NCBI GenBank assembly: GCA_027923505.1 | Contig: BROI01000004.1 | Location: 372,001-436,000, forward strand | DNA: 64,000 nucleotides | DNA from: Mayamaea pseudoterrestris | Lineage: Eukaryota | Reading direction: 5' to 3' | Shown here: positions 11,401 through 22,424 of the stretch, one piece after another | Position numbering within the stretch: position 1 is the stretch's first letter | Layout of the letters: each line of letters starts with the position of its first letter | Made by a program: the position numbers and the translations under genes | The notes under the pieces: generated by a model | Told to the model about the DNA's origin: nothing | The model's database searches: none | The model's input: only the letters and a program-made list of their open reading frames with translations

Positions 11401-12416
11401 GAAGTCACCAAGAAAGTTGATATTCATCACACAATGAGGGCGACGTGGCATGGCGCGAATGGCAAAGAAACATACCTAAAGTTATAAAGAAAAGTTGTGT
11501 GAGGACCGAGTATCGTAGCTCTCAGCAAACAAGATTTCCGTAAACATAGTTTCAGAAGCCCATAGAGGGAAAATACTTGAGCTCCGCACGATTTTTTCAG
11601 AAGAAGTCACCAAGTTGTTGCTCATCATCAACCACACAACCAAATCGCGAATCCGTATCGCTTAGCAATATAACATACCTTGACTCGACCCATGAATAGA
11701 GAAAGCTGCTTAACTTCATTCTTCAGATATTTGCCGCCAATGACTCCGCTAAAGTGAAACATTTTAGCACCCTCGTAAATCTCAGTCCAAAATCGATGCT
11801 TCAGCAGCTTCTTCGCCTGCCGCACACTCTTGGCCGTCTTGAATGAATCCAAATGTGTAAAGATTCCCATGACTTTGGGGAACCCGTGCGTCTGCAGTAC
11901 ATTCAAGAACTCGAACGTATCCATCTCGAACCCATACTTGGCATCGACGCAAAGCAAGACCAAGTCGGCCACCTTGGCGCAATCCAGCATGGCTGCAGTA
12001 TCGCCACTCGGACACTCCAAGAAGGTGACGCGTTTGCTTTTTCCAGTCACGACGGTAATGGGACCAGTAATTGTTTTAAGGTTGTTGTTCGTGTACAGTT
12101 TGACGAGCGATCGAATCAGTGTACTCTTGCCGACGCCCGGTGGTCCCATGACGACGACAACCGACGGAGGCGCTTCCTCTACGGACGCAACTCGTCTATC
12201 AGTTAATGGAACATACTCCTTCTTTTGCGACCTATCCAAGTTGCGTTGAATCACTCGCTTGGTGCGGCCAATGTTGGCAACGCCGAATGCCTTGTGGTTG
12301 TGCTTTTCGACGCGGGAGCCTTCCTTCTTGGCTTTGACGTCCTTCTTCTTCTCCTTGCCACCGCGACCATCTTTCTTGGTCTTGTGGGTATGGTGGTCCT
12401 GCTTGACTTCCTCCAT
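8442..12416 (-). CDS. BMS1: Ribosome biogenesis GTPase BMS1
   Basis: Exons 12416-11679 and 11249-8442; the 429-nt intron 11250-11678 joins [22 protein letters not shown]-loop [37 protein letters not shown]. Confidence 0.95.
11332..11439 (-). ncRNA. Intronic box C/D snoRNA candidate 2 (BMS1 sub-intron B)
   Basis: Perfect 8-bp terminal stem CCTCATTG/CAATGAGG closing C box GTGATGA (11430-11424) and D box CTGA (11343-11340). Internal D' CTGA (11397-11394) is preceded by CTTGGTGACTTCT. Confidence 0.85.
11470..11503 (-). other. Internal AG|GT splice junction (recursive splice site / zero-length exon) inside the BMS1 intron
   Basis: Minus strand reads CTCACACAACTTTTCTTTATAACTTTAG|GTATGT: branch-like CTCAC, pyrimidine tract, AG at 11477-11476, then immediately GTATGTT, identical to the first 7 nt of the intron donor at 11678. 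Confidence 0.7.
11545..11636 (-). ncRNA. Intronic box C/D snoRNA candidate 1 (BMS1 sub-intron A)
   Basis: C box ATGATGA (11628-11622), D' CTGA (11600-11597) preceded by ACTTGGTGACTTCTT, D box CTGA (11555-11552), terminal stem TGTGGTT/AACTATG with G-U pairs. Confidence 0.8.
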
Positions 12417-12677
12417 GAGTGATGGATGCAAGCTTGACCGATGATAGCTTGGTGGACGAGGCTGCGAAGGAACAATTGCAGGAAATGGACGAGCCATGGT
12501 TGGTCGTCAATGATTTTTCAAATGTGTCCCTATGGTACTAAAAATGTCTCTTTCCATGTCGCACCACGAATCAGTTACCGCGTTACTAATTCCGTCACCA
12601 ACGAATTGCTCGTCGTTTTCGCATCAACTCATCTTCTTTCTTGATAACCAATAATACACAAGAAACAATCCATTACC

Positions 12678-13813
12678 ATGGTAAGACAATTGTTGAAATT
12701 AGCAGCTTAGTGGCGAGCAAAGGAGCCATGAAAGGATATCGATCGACTGAGGTGCTTCTTGCCCTATCAAAACATAAATTCTCACATCATTTTCTTCCTC
12801 TCGTCAGGTGTTCGTCAAAGTTCAAAAGAGCAAGGCTTACTTTAGCCGCTTTCAAGTCAAGTTCCGTCGTCGTCGCGAGGGAAGAACCGACTACCGTCAA
12901 CGTAAGCGCCTCGTCGTCAATGACAAGAACAAGTTCGGATCCACCAAGTACCGTCTCGTTGTTCGAGTAAGTTTTAGCGTTTTAGCTCCTCATCGGTTGT
13001 ACATCAATATCAATTTGCCTTATTGAAGCTCATTCCATTCTGTTTGCTACTGATTCACAGTTCACAAACAAGTTTGTCATTTGCCAAATTGTTTACGCGC
13101 TTGTCGATGGCGACCGCGTCCTCTGCCAGGCTCACTCGTCCGAGTTGCCCCGCTATGGACTCAACTCTGGTCTCAAAAACTACGCTGCTGCCTACTGCAC
13201 GGGCCTTTTATGCGCGCGTCGTCTATTGAAGCAGCTTGGACTTGACGAGACTTATGAAGGAAACACTGAAGTTGATGGACAGATCATCACGACCGAATAC
13301 GAAAAGAAGAAGTACTACGTTGATGAAGTTGACGAGGACAAGCGCCCATTTCGCTGCCTCTTGGACGTTGGCTGCAAGCCCACCACCACTGGATGTCGCA
13401 TCTTTGGCGCACTCAAGGGAGCCGCCGATGGTGGCCTTGACATTCCACACAACGAAAAGCGCTTTCCCGGTTACGACCGCGAGTCCAAGGAGTACGACGC
13501 TGATACTCACCGCGAACGCATCTTTGGCGGTCACGTTGGTGAATACATGGAGTACTTGGAGGAGGAAGATAACGCCAAATACCAGGAGCACTTTGCTGGA
13601 TACATTGCTAGTGATGTTGCCGCTGATGGACTCGAGGACCTATACGAGAGTGTGCACACCAAGATTCGCGAGGATCCATCGCCGTCGGAGAAGAAGGAAT
13701 ACACGCCCGACAAAAAGTACAAGCGCAAGTCCAAGCTGACATGGGATGAGCGCAAGGCTCGTGTGCAGGCCAAGAAGGATGCAAAGAAGGCCGAGCTTGA
13801 GGCCGATGAGTAA
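12678..13813 (+). CDS. RPL5: 60S ribosomal protein L5 (uL18)
   Basis: Exons 12678-12680, 12808-12966, 13061-13813. [56 protein letters not shown]. Confidence 0.96.
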
Positions 13814-14032
13814 ATTTAACTTTACATTGTTAGTCGTCGCCCTTTGCCTACATCAAGCTTGTGCTGTATTATATACTCGTACTTATATGGTGCTACTTAA
13901 AAAGGACTGTTTGTAGAAGTTGAGATAGTAGAGTGATGTTTACCCATCTCTTAGCATATGTACAGTTAGAGAAGCGACGCAAGAATTACAAACCGCTGCA
14001 CATTCAGCAAGCATGCTATGCTGCCCAATTAA

Positions 14033-15103
14033 CTACGGGCAGTACGTCGTAATTGTATCATCGATTGCCTTCCTCGTCAGAACCGAATCTTCCTCCCCGT
14101 CGACAGAGCCAGCACTCGACACAGAGACGCAAGAAGTCATGTTCCGCAAAGCTTCCAGATCAGTGGTAACCTCACTAGTATTGGGCAGGTCGCTTTCGGT
14201 CGGCGCGAGCACTTCTTGACTTGGTTCGTCGGGAAAGAAAGACCCCGAGGATGATGAAACCGACGCAGCTATCATTTTTGGCAATTTTTGCTTCGCTTTT
14301 ACCTTTCCCTTTTGCTTCCTTCCCTCGTCGCGTCTTGATTGGACCACCTTCCAGACTTCCTCCTCGTCCACCATTGCCACCCGGCAGCATGGACACTCGG
14401 CATTATTTTGTCGCTGTAGCCAATCCAGAATACAGCACTTGTGGAACCTATGAGAGCAAGTCGTGGCTTCGAGCGAGTCAGCTTCTTCCTCATATTCACC
14501 AAGGCAAATGGAACAAACTGGCCCTTCCATTGATCCATCTCCGTCGCACTGCATTTCTTCGTCGGTAGCACTAATGGCAAAGTTGACCAAGCTATTGGCA
14601 GTAGCATTATCATCATGATCTGGTGATACACTCACATTCGCCTTCGCCTTGCTAGCAGTGGCAGTGGCAGCTTCCGTTAGCAGCACTTCCATTGCATCTC
14701 GTCGCTCCTTTCGCGTCATGAGATGCGGTGGATTGCCGGCAGGATAATGCGGATGGGGATGAATATGCCGTATATATCTTCTCAGAATCCAGCCAAAGGA
14801 AATGTAGCATCGAGAATTTCCACACAAGTGTATTCTTCCAAAGTCCGCCTCGTAGACGCGATCAAGCTCGCCCCGATTGCGTAGGCGAAGAAATAAAATG
14901 ACCAGCAAGGCATACATGAGCGCAAAGAGCAGCCACGTGGCAGCCACTGCGAAAAAGACTGCCGCTAATACATCCATGGAGCTTTTGCCGCCGCCGCCAT
15001 GGTAGCCTCCGTCGTCGTCACTGCCGTACACATTATGGCCAACGACAAGCACCACCATATCGTCGCCAGCAATAAATGTGGGCGATGGCGACGGAATCGG
15101 CAT
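14033..15103 (-). CDS. Transmembrane RING-H2 E3 ubiquitin ligase (ATL-like)
   Basis: Hydrophobic helix VLAAVFFAVAATWLLFALMYALLVILF and CSIC...CSHRFHKCCILDW...CPCC. Confidence 0.85.
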   Translation of the reverse strand: MPIPSPSPTFIAGDDMVVLVVGHNVYGSDDDGGYHGGGGKSSMDVLAAVFFAVAATWLLFALMYALLVILFLRLRNRGELDRVYEADFGRIHLCGNSRCYISFGWILRRYIRHIHPHPHYPAGNPPHLMTRKERRDAMEVLLTEAATATASKAKANVSVSPDHDDNATANSLVNFAISATDEEMQCDGDGSMEGPVCSICLGEYEEEADSLEATTCSHRFHKCCILDWLQRQNNAECPCCRVAMVDEEEVWKVVQSRRDEGRKQKGKVKAKQKLPKMIAASVSSSSGSFFPDEPSQEVLAPTESDLPNTSEVTTDLEALRNMTSCVSVSSAGSVDGEEDSVLTRKAIDDTITTYCP

Positions 15104-15582
15104 GTCAAACGTCCAAATGACCCAATGACCGACAGCTAGACGCTCGAAGTGCTGCTAGTTTCCAAATAGCTCAATTATTCCTTCTTTATTCAGTGCAGCA
15201 GTGCGCCTTGACAAATGTTCTGTGAAAGCGTGGGAAGCTCGTTGACTGTCACACTTCACACTCGCCTGCCTTGCGCGTCCGGCAACTTCCTTGCCAGTCA
15301 ACCTTATTACCAGTAATGTCTAGTTACTGATATAAAAACAATGGCGAGCAAAGGTTCATTGATATACATTGGAAGCCAGGACGTTCGTCGATGCTCGACC
15401 GAAAACCTGACCAACTTGCGGCAGTTTTGAAGATGAACGGAATGTTAGGTGCGTGTCACGCTTTGCAAGCGTCACTAAAAAGACAATTTACTGGTCAATG
15501 AGGGATTGAAAAGACCCTCATGATTTTCTCCGTCTTCATCCAATCTTCGTTCACCGTCAACGAACCCTTCCTTGCAACAAGC

Positions 15583-16445
15583 ATGGCATCGCCTACTAGC
15601 GATGAACCGCACACCGGAGACTCGCGTGGTGCATTTGCCCGCGTCGCCCAGGAAATATTGGACACGGCAGAACGAGTGACAACCACGGTTGAGAATGGCA
15701 TCCAAGGATTGTTCAGTGCAACCACGAACATGGCGTCTAATAACGAGGGTAATGTAGGTGGTCAGCAGGGCCATCTGATGGACGAGGATGCATCCAATGA
15801 ATTTTCGCAACAAGACTATGACGCAATGGTGCGCGAGCAGTTGGAGGGGTCGCCCCTTCAAGGCATGGCGGAGCAAGTGCTTGGTGGGATTTTGCAAGGG
15901 CAGGTATGTTTCGTTTGTATATGAGTCGCACTTTTTGTTTGGAGATTGCTATACTACCAAATATTTACAGCTGTCTGATGCAATGTCTTATCTCTCTTCT
16001 TTAGAATGGCCCAACGACTTTTAAGGAACAAGTCGATGCCTTTCGTTACGCCATCAACTGGACAGAGCCTTTGCTAACAAGTATAATAGGCTTTCAGGTT
16101 GTCATGTTTCTCCTGACATTATGGGTGTCTCGTCGCGGTAGAAGCATGGAAGTTCGACTAATTCTCATGGTCCTCGTTGGCGCTCTGGTCAAGGGTGCGC
16201 AGCGCTTAAACTCGTATGGAGCGCAGCATTGGGAAAAGGTGGCGACACAAAACTACTTTGACCAGGGAGGCATATTCATGACCATTTTGGTATGCGCGCC
16301 ACTGTTGGTAGACTGCTTCATCATGCTTGCCTGCTTCTTGAGAGAAGCGGCATCGCTATTGGTGCAAGTCAAGACGGCTGAAATCAAGAAGAAGAGAAAG
16401 CAAGACAAAGCAGGTGCAGCCAATAACAAGAAGAAGAATAGCTAA
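15583..16445 (+). CDS. TMEM18: Transmembrane protein 18-like
   Basis: Exons 15583-15903 and 16005-16445. INWTEP, QNYFDQGGIF, three hydrophobic helices and a basic C-terminal tail. Confidence 0.8.
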
Positions 16446-16529
16446 GATGCTAGATGGAAAAATAAAACGTTCGTGATTTCTATTGTTACTTTGCAAGCTC
16501 ACCTTTTGCCTGTGAGTACCGAACAGTGC

Positions 16530-17069
16530 TCAATCCCCAGCCGCATCATGCCTCGTCATTACCCTCGTTGCCTTTCCCTCCTTCCATTCCACATTTTCCT
16601 TCCACACTGACACTTCATCTCCTTCATAGACTTCCAGCTTCCATATTGGTACGCGGGCCTTGAGCTCATTGATCAAGTACTCGACGGCATGCAACGCTTG
16701 CGATCGATGTGGACTCGATACCGCAAGAATGACACTGGGACGTCCAACCGGGCATTCGCCAAGAACGTGAACGGCTGCAATCTTGCAAACGCCACTATAC
16801 GTTCGTCGCGTCTCGTGACAGAGTCGTTGCAGTTCCTTGACGGCCATGGGGACGTATGCTTCGTAGCAAAGTTTCGTCACAGTCTTGCCGTCGAAATTGT
16901 TTCGGGTCGTTCCGACAAAGGTGGCGACTGCGCCACATGATTCGTCGCATACAAAATTGTAGCATTCTTCAAGAATTGGTAGTTGTTCGGAGACTTGAAT
17001 GAAGAAATTTGGGTGCTCATTGTTGTGTGACGCGAAGTTTGTTGAGGATGCTGCCATTGTTCTGTCCAT
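16530..17069 (-). CDS. MOCS2: Molybdopterin synthase catalytic subunit (MoaE/MOCS2B)
   Basis: CGAVATFVGTTRN, LCYEAYVPMA, SSPHR, ELKARVPIWKLE. Start is ATG 17069 or 17057. Confidence 0.9.
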   Translation of the reverse strand: MDRTMAASSTNFASHNNEHPNFFIQVSEQLPILEECYNFVCDESCGAVATFVGTTRNNFDGKTVTKLCYEAYVPMAVKELQRLCHETRRTYSGVCKIAAVHVLGECPVGRPSVILAVSSPHRSQALHAVEYLINELKARVPIWKLEVYEGDEVSVWKENVEWKEGKATRVMTRHDAAGD

Positions 17070-17433
17070 CGACTGGGAAGTTGATACTCTAAATGTCAAT
17101 TGATTGATTGTGACTTTATATATATTTATTGCTTTCGGCAACTACTAAGCATGTGTCGTTTCAAGTACTTATGAAGAAGCTTGTTGGAAACGGATGCGCC
17201 ATGTGCGCCATGGTAGAGACGACGAGTCTCGATGACAAAACCGCTACGATCATCAGTCTTGCTGCGACATCATCGTAGACGGAGATCCGCCGCGATGCTC
17301 ATCGACGTCCACCACAATGGCAGTGAGGATCTTGTCTTCACCGTCGATTTACCTTCTTCCATCACCTCGGTCTGTCTAACGACCCCTCCTCTCATTCATT
17401 AATATCCAAGATCCGCAGTAGAAGCGCGGCAAA

Positions 17434-19113
17434 ATGGTTCAAGACGCTGACATGACGGATGCGACTGCTGTTACCGCTCAAAAGGATGATAGTATACCTT
17501 CAGCCGATATCAAGTCCGAGACTCCTTCACTTCCTCCGCTGCAAGCGTCGGCGCTTCGCTTGGAGCGTTTGCTTGGTGGCCCAAAGGGAGCAAGTGCAAG
17601 CAGTAACGCGGAAAGCAACTACACCAATCCAGTCAAGGTCATTCGCCGTTGGTTGTCAACGAGTTCGGGCGCTGCGGCGGATGCGACGGCGCAAGATATT
17701 CAGGCCGCCGCCATGGTGCTCTTGGATCCAAACGGTGTTTGTGCAAACGGAAGAGCTTGCTTGCTTGGAAATAATAATGTGTCTACAATGGTGGATACGA
17801 ACATGGAGGTGGAAGCAGCTACTGGTAGCAGCAGCGCTCCTGCCTACTTGCATGTCGCTGCGCGCGAGGTGGAAAGCTGGCTGATTAGTCTTGCGGTTCG
17901 ACTCTTGTGGAAGGAAAAGAACTACACGCAAGCCTTTGAAATGTGCCAGCGCGGTATAGCCATTATCATGGCTCACCTTGAAGACGCTTCCAACAAAATT
18001 ACGTCAGTGTCGGCCCCGCTTGCGTCGAGCCTCTTTCCATTCTTGGCGCGCTTGTATCGCTTGAGGGCCTTGACGACGGAAGCCATCAAGGACCCAGCGC
18101 TAAACGCGAATCTGCGAGTTGAAATGGCTCGCGCGCATAACATGGCGTCGCTGCGTCGGGACGTTGATACGCAGGCGACCTTGCTGAACTGCATGCTTCG
18201 TGACTTGATGGAGGACTCGCAAGGTTTGTTTGCAACAATTTTGAAAATTTTTGCGTAGATCACATACTAACTCACTTGACTCCCTCTGCCAATTTCAGTT
18301 GAACAGGCGCAAAAGCTACTTAGCAATGCAACTTTTCCAGAAGTCGCGTCCAACAACCAGCTCTGTCGCTACCTTTACTATAGTGGACGTATTCAGGCGC
18401 TGCGGTTGGAGTACACGCTTTCCTTTTCCAACTTGTCGCAGTGCCTGCGCAAAGCTCCGTCTAATACGGGAATGGGTTTTCGCATTGCCGCCCAACGACT
18501 CTTGATTGTTGTGCAGCTTCTCATGGGAGAAATTCCGGAGCGACATGTTTTCTTCACCAAGGGCATGAAAGCGGAGCTGTTCCCCTACTTGAGCATTACG
18601 CAGGCTGTACGTCAGGGAGACTTGGCAGTCTTTCACAAGGTTGTGACGGAGCAAGCAGATCGCCTTCGCATGGATGGCACGTACACACTCATTAGTCGCT
18701 TGGCGCATCAAGTCGTCAAGGCTGGTTTGCGGAACCTTCATGTTAGTTACAGTCGTCTCTCATTGCAGGAGGTGGCGGACCGACTTGGGCTTCCAAGCAA
18801 GAGTTCCGCCGAGTATGTTGTTGCCAAGGCGGTTCGCGACGGTGTATTGGATGCAACGATTCATCACGAGGAAGGGTACATGCAGAGCCATGACTTGGTG
18901 GACGTTTACGCCACCAAGGAGCCGACGGAAGCCTTTCATCGTCGCATTGCGTACTGTTTGACGACTCACAATGACGCGGTGCGTGGAATGCGTTATCCGC
19001 CGGATGCCTATAAGAAGCAGTTGGAGGCGAGCCGAAATCGTCGCAAACGCGATGACAAGTCCGACGAGGAAAAGGCGCAGGAGATTGAGGAAGAGTTGGA
19101 TGAAGATTATTAA
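17434..19113 (+). CDS. RPN3: 26S proteasome regulatory subunit RPN3/PSMD3
   Basis: Exons 17434-18223 and 18299-19113. SNNQLCRYLYY, PCI region SYSRLSL...AKAVRDGV, DVYATKEPTEAFHRRI, AMRYP-like GMRYPP. Confidence 0.93.
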
Positions 19114-19381
19114 GCATTTGTATAGCAGATGGGCGTTACAATTGTAGACACCTACATTACGATGTTACTCTCACTGCATATATTATAGGGTAACATTGCT
19201 GATACATCAAAGGCTTTCATAAAGGATAAAGGATTGATACTACCGTAGTTAGAGCCTTGATTATAATATGTAATGAGTGCGTTCATTTGTACTCGTGCAA
19301 TGTCTCGTGGTACACCAAAATTGAGACTGGGGCAAGATATAGAGAACAAGAGGCGCACATCCTTGTGACAAACAACAGATA

Positions 19382-21255
19382 CTAAACGACAGGTGGCGAC
19401 GGCTGGGCTTGCATGGGAGGACTCGCATCACTGTGAACTCTCTTGTGCTGAACCTTGAGTCGTTTGGATCCAATCTGGAAGCCATTCATCTGCTCAATGG
19501 CCATATCCGCCGCAGCGGCAGTGTCATACGAAACAAAACCTGTGCATGGTGGGCAAATAAAACGATCAGGATGTGAACCGTCAACGACACTCAAATAATA
19601 CCACTACACACATTACTTACCAAAACCCTTGCTTTCTCCTGTATACTTATCAACGTAGACCTTTGCGCTAACAACATTCCCAAACGGATTAAAGGCTGTT
19701 GCCAGATCCGCATCCGTCAAGTCGTGTGGGAGATGGTATACGAACAAATTTGCTCCAGGTGGGCCTTCCCTTGGTCGAGCGCCTTGCGGCCGCATATCCA
19801 CACGCTGCTGCTGATGATGGCTGGGATATCCATACGGCGCCATTTGGCCGTACTGGTGATGGGGCGGGTACATGTATGCCTGCGCAGTGGGAGGATAGCT
19901 GCCGGCAGCAGCGTAGTGCTGTGGCGCCATTTGGTATACGTTCTGCGGCGCTGGACCGGGATGGTGAAGACCCATGGGAGCCACCATTTGCGCGTGGTAG
20001 GGCGAGTATGCGCCATGAGGCATGGCCATCATTGGGTGTCCGCGACCCCCCGTTCCCATTTGCCTTTGTTGGCGCTGCTGCTTGCTGTCCGCAAAGCGGA
20101 CAATTAGTGGGCGTGCAGATCCTTCCATGGTGTACTGGCTGTTGAGGCTATCAATTGCCGAAAATGCAGAGTCTCTGGATACAAAGCGAAGGAAAGCAGC
20201 GCCCTTGCTCGTTCCATCGGCGTTGCGAATCAAGTGAATTTCCTTAATTTCGCCAAAAGGTTCAAAAAGGCTCTTCACCTCGTCTTCTCCAGCCTTGCGT
20301 GACAGCATTCCAATAAACAATTTGCTCTCCTGAATGACTGCGTAAAGAAAAACAAACAGTTAAGTTAAAGTTTAATGTCGACAAAAAATAATTGCACGAC
20401 TCAATCAAGGTGTCAAGTAGTGCAAGCATGACACCTTCACTCACAGTACGCACCTGGAGTAGTAAACGTACCCGACGGCTCCGCTGGCTTGACCTGCGCC
20501 GGCCTTCGACCACCAGGAAAAGTATAAGCGTCATGCAGCGATTCTTGAGCCGTCTGGGCGTCAGCCATGTTCCAGTAGGTTACAAAGGCGCAGCCTCGAT
20601 GCAAGCCGGAATGCTTGTCGCGAATGATCGCAACGTCCTTAAGGGGACCAAACGCATTAAAGACTGGGAAGATTTCTTCTTCTTCCAAATTCTTGGGGAC
20701 CTGTGGTATAATAGAGAAGTAAATAGTATTAAAGACACAGTTTGATATGAAACGACAAGCGTCATTGGTGGAACCAATGCTGCCTGCCTGGTTTTGGGAA
20801 CTTGCGAATCTTATCAGAATTCATGGCTAGCTCGTCCTTACCTGTCCAACAAACAGCTTGACCGGTTCTCCTTCCTCCTCATCTCCATCCTGGTCTTCGT
20901 CGGAATTGTTCGTATTGCTCTGAGAAGATGATGGCTCGGTACTGCTGGCCTCTTCATGCTGCTGGTGCGCAAAGCCAAGCGCTTGGAACTGACTCTGCAA
21001 GCTATTGATCCCAGCGTGTCCCACCAACCCACCATGCCCATTTGGATTCACATAGACTTGCTGAGGAGGCATACCGACTCCGATGACATGTTCATGTCCA
21101 GGAATCTGCGAGTCGTACAGGGTGGAGTCGTTGTTGGCCGCCTTGGCGCCGTCAACTCCTCCAGTTTCCTCCATGTGGTGCATTCGATGAGTCATTAAAT
21201 TCATCTCGCCGCTGACTCCGTGCGGGGAGGTTGCCTCGCGAATGGGCTGCTGCAT
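19382..21255 (-). CDS. CELF/Bruno-like RNA-binding protein (3 RRMs)
   Basis: Exons 21255-20842, 20700-20472, 20337-19621, 19539-19382. [55 protein letters not shown]. Confidence 0.9.
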
Positions 21256-21662
21256 GTTAATGCCTACAATCATAAACTCGTTACTTTAAAGGAACGCAAT
21301 GTACTTGACCAAGGTGACAGGGAAGTGATTGGTTGTTCAGTGCAGCTGCAGCGACCCGAACAGTCAACATGTGCCAAACAAATGACGGGCAGCTTCACGT
21401 AGAAACTCTACCAGCCGCTGCGCCGCCGAATCTTGCCAGTCAACGGAGATGGAGTCGTTCGAGGGTCGCGCTTGCCGAGCCGGCCACGCCTGGTAACGCC
21501 AAAGAATCCGACAGAGAACAGCAGCTGTTTCGGAGCGAAAAATCTCGTTTTAGAATCGCACCGTTACTGGAGAGTTTGCTTCTGCGCCTCGACCATGGGC
21601 TGCACCCTGGCCTCTCGCCTCTGCACATCCTCCACCCCTTACCGGTACAGCTGGGCAACATT

Positions 21663-22337
21663 ATGACAGACGCTTTGCAAGAGTACCAGTCGCAACTTGC
21701 CGACGTCATCAGTCTTCTGCAGGAGACTCCAAATGACGAGAGCTTGCAAAGTCTAAAGGCAGATCTCGAGGAGCTCATCAGCATTACTCAGCGAGACAGC
21801 CAAGCGGTTGGAACTGCATCAAATGGAGACGCTCACCTTTCAATGCAGCAGCAAGGACCCACATCTGTCGCCGCTGCCATTGATGCGGCAACAAACCAAG
21901 CCCTAGCGAGCGCTCGCGGAGAAACGGAAGATTATGAGGAGCAACACGACAATTACAAACGAAGTATTGAAGATATTACCGTTGTAGAAGCAGATGCGCA
22001 AGCTCCTGCAAAGAAATCGAAAAAGGCATCTGCAGTTGAAACAGAATTTGTCGTTCCATCCGGTTTGGTTGTACTTGACACGGATACGGACGCTGAGAAG
22101 AGTCGAAAGTATCGAGCCATCAAGTCGCTAAAAACGAAGTGGAGGGCCAAGAAAAAGGAGCTCGAGTCGGATAAAAAGCAAAAGTCGTGGCAGTCTTTTC
22201 AAAAGAAAAAGAAATCGACCGCCAAGGAGAAGAGCATGTTTGCCACGTCTTCGGAAGCGGACACAAAAGTGGGTGTTGTTTCTGCTGGTAGTCGACAATT
22301 GACGCAAGGCAATGAACGAAAAAGACACACTTACTAA
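21663..22337 (+). CDS. SPF30/SMNDC1-like protein apparently lacking the Tudor domain
   Basis: N-terminal LQEYQSQLADV..L...PNDESLQSLKADLEELI and C-terminal KSWQSF...KSMFAT...KVGV resemble SPF30 termini. No aromatic-cage Tudor segment is visible between them. Confidence 0.6.
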   Translation: MTDALQEYQSQLADVISLLQETPNDESLQSLKADLEELISITQRDSQAVGTASNGDAHLSMQQQGPTSVAAAIDAATNQALASARGETEDYEEQHDNYKRSIEDITVVEADAQAPAKKSKKASAVETEFVVPSGLVVLDTDTDAEKSRKYRAIKSLKTKWRAKKKELESDKKQKSWQSFQKKKKSTAKEKSMFATSSEADTKVGVVSAGSRQLTQGNERKRHTY

Positions 22338-22424
22338 ACGCACATGCCTGTAAATGGTAGCAAAGCGACATTTAAACGTTATACTATCATACTATCGTAG
22401 TTTAATGAATTTGTGCACGTCTCG

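Noticed and set aside
12681..12807. snoRNA in RPL5 intron 1 (contains CTGA, a weak hairpin and an ACA)
   Set aside because: There is no proper C box or terminal stem, and no clear pocket or rRNA complementarity. Too weak to call.
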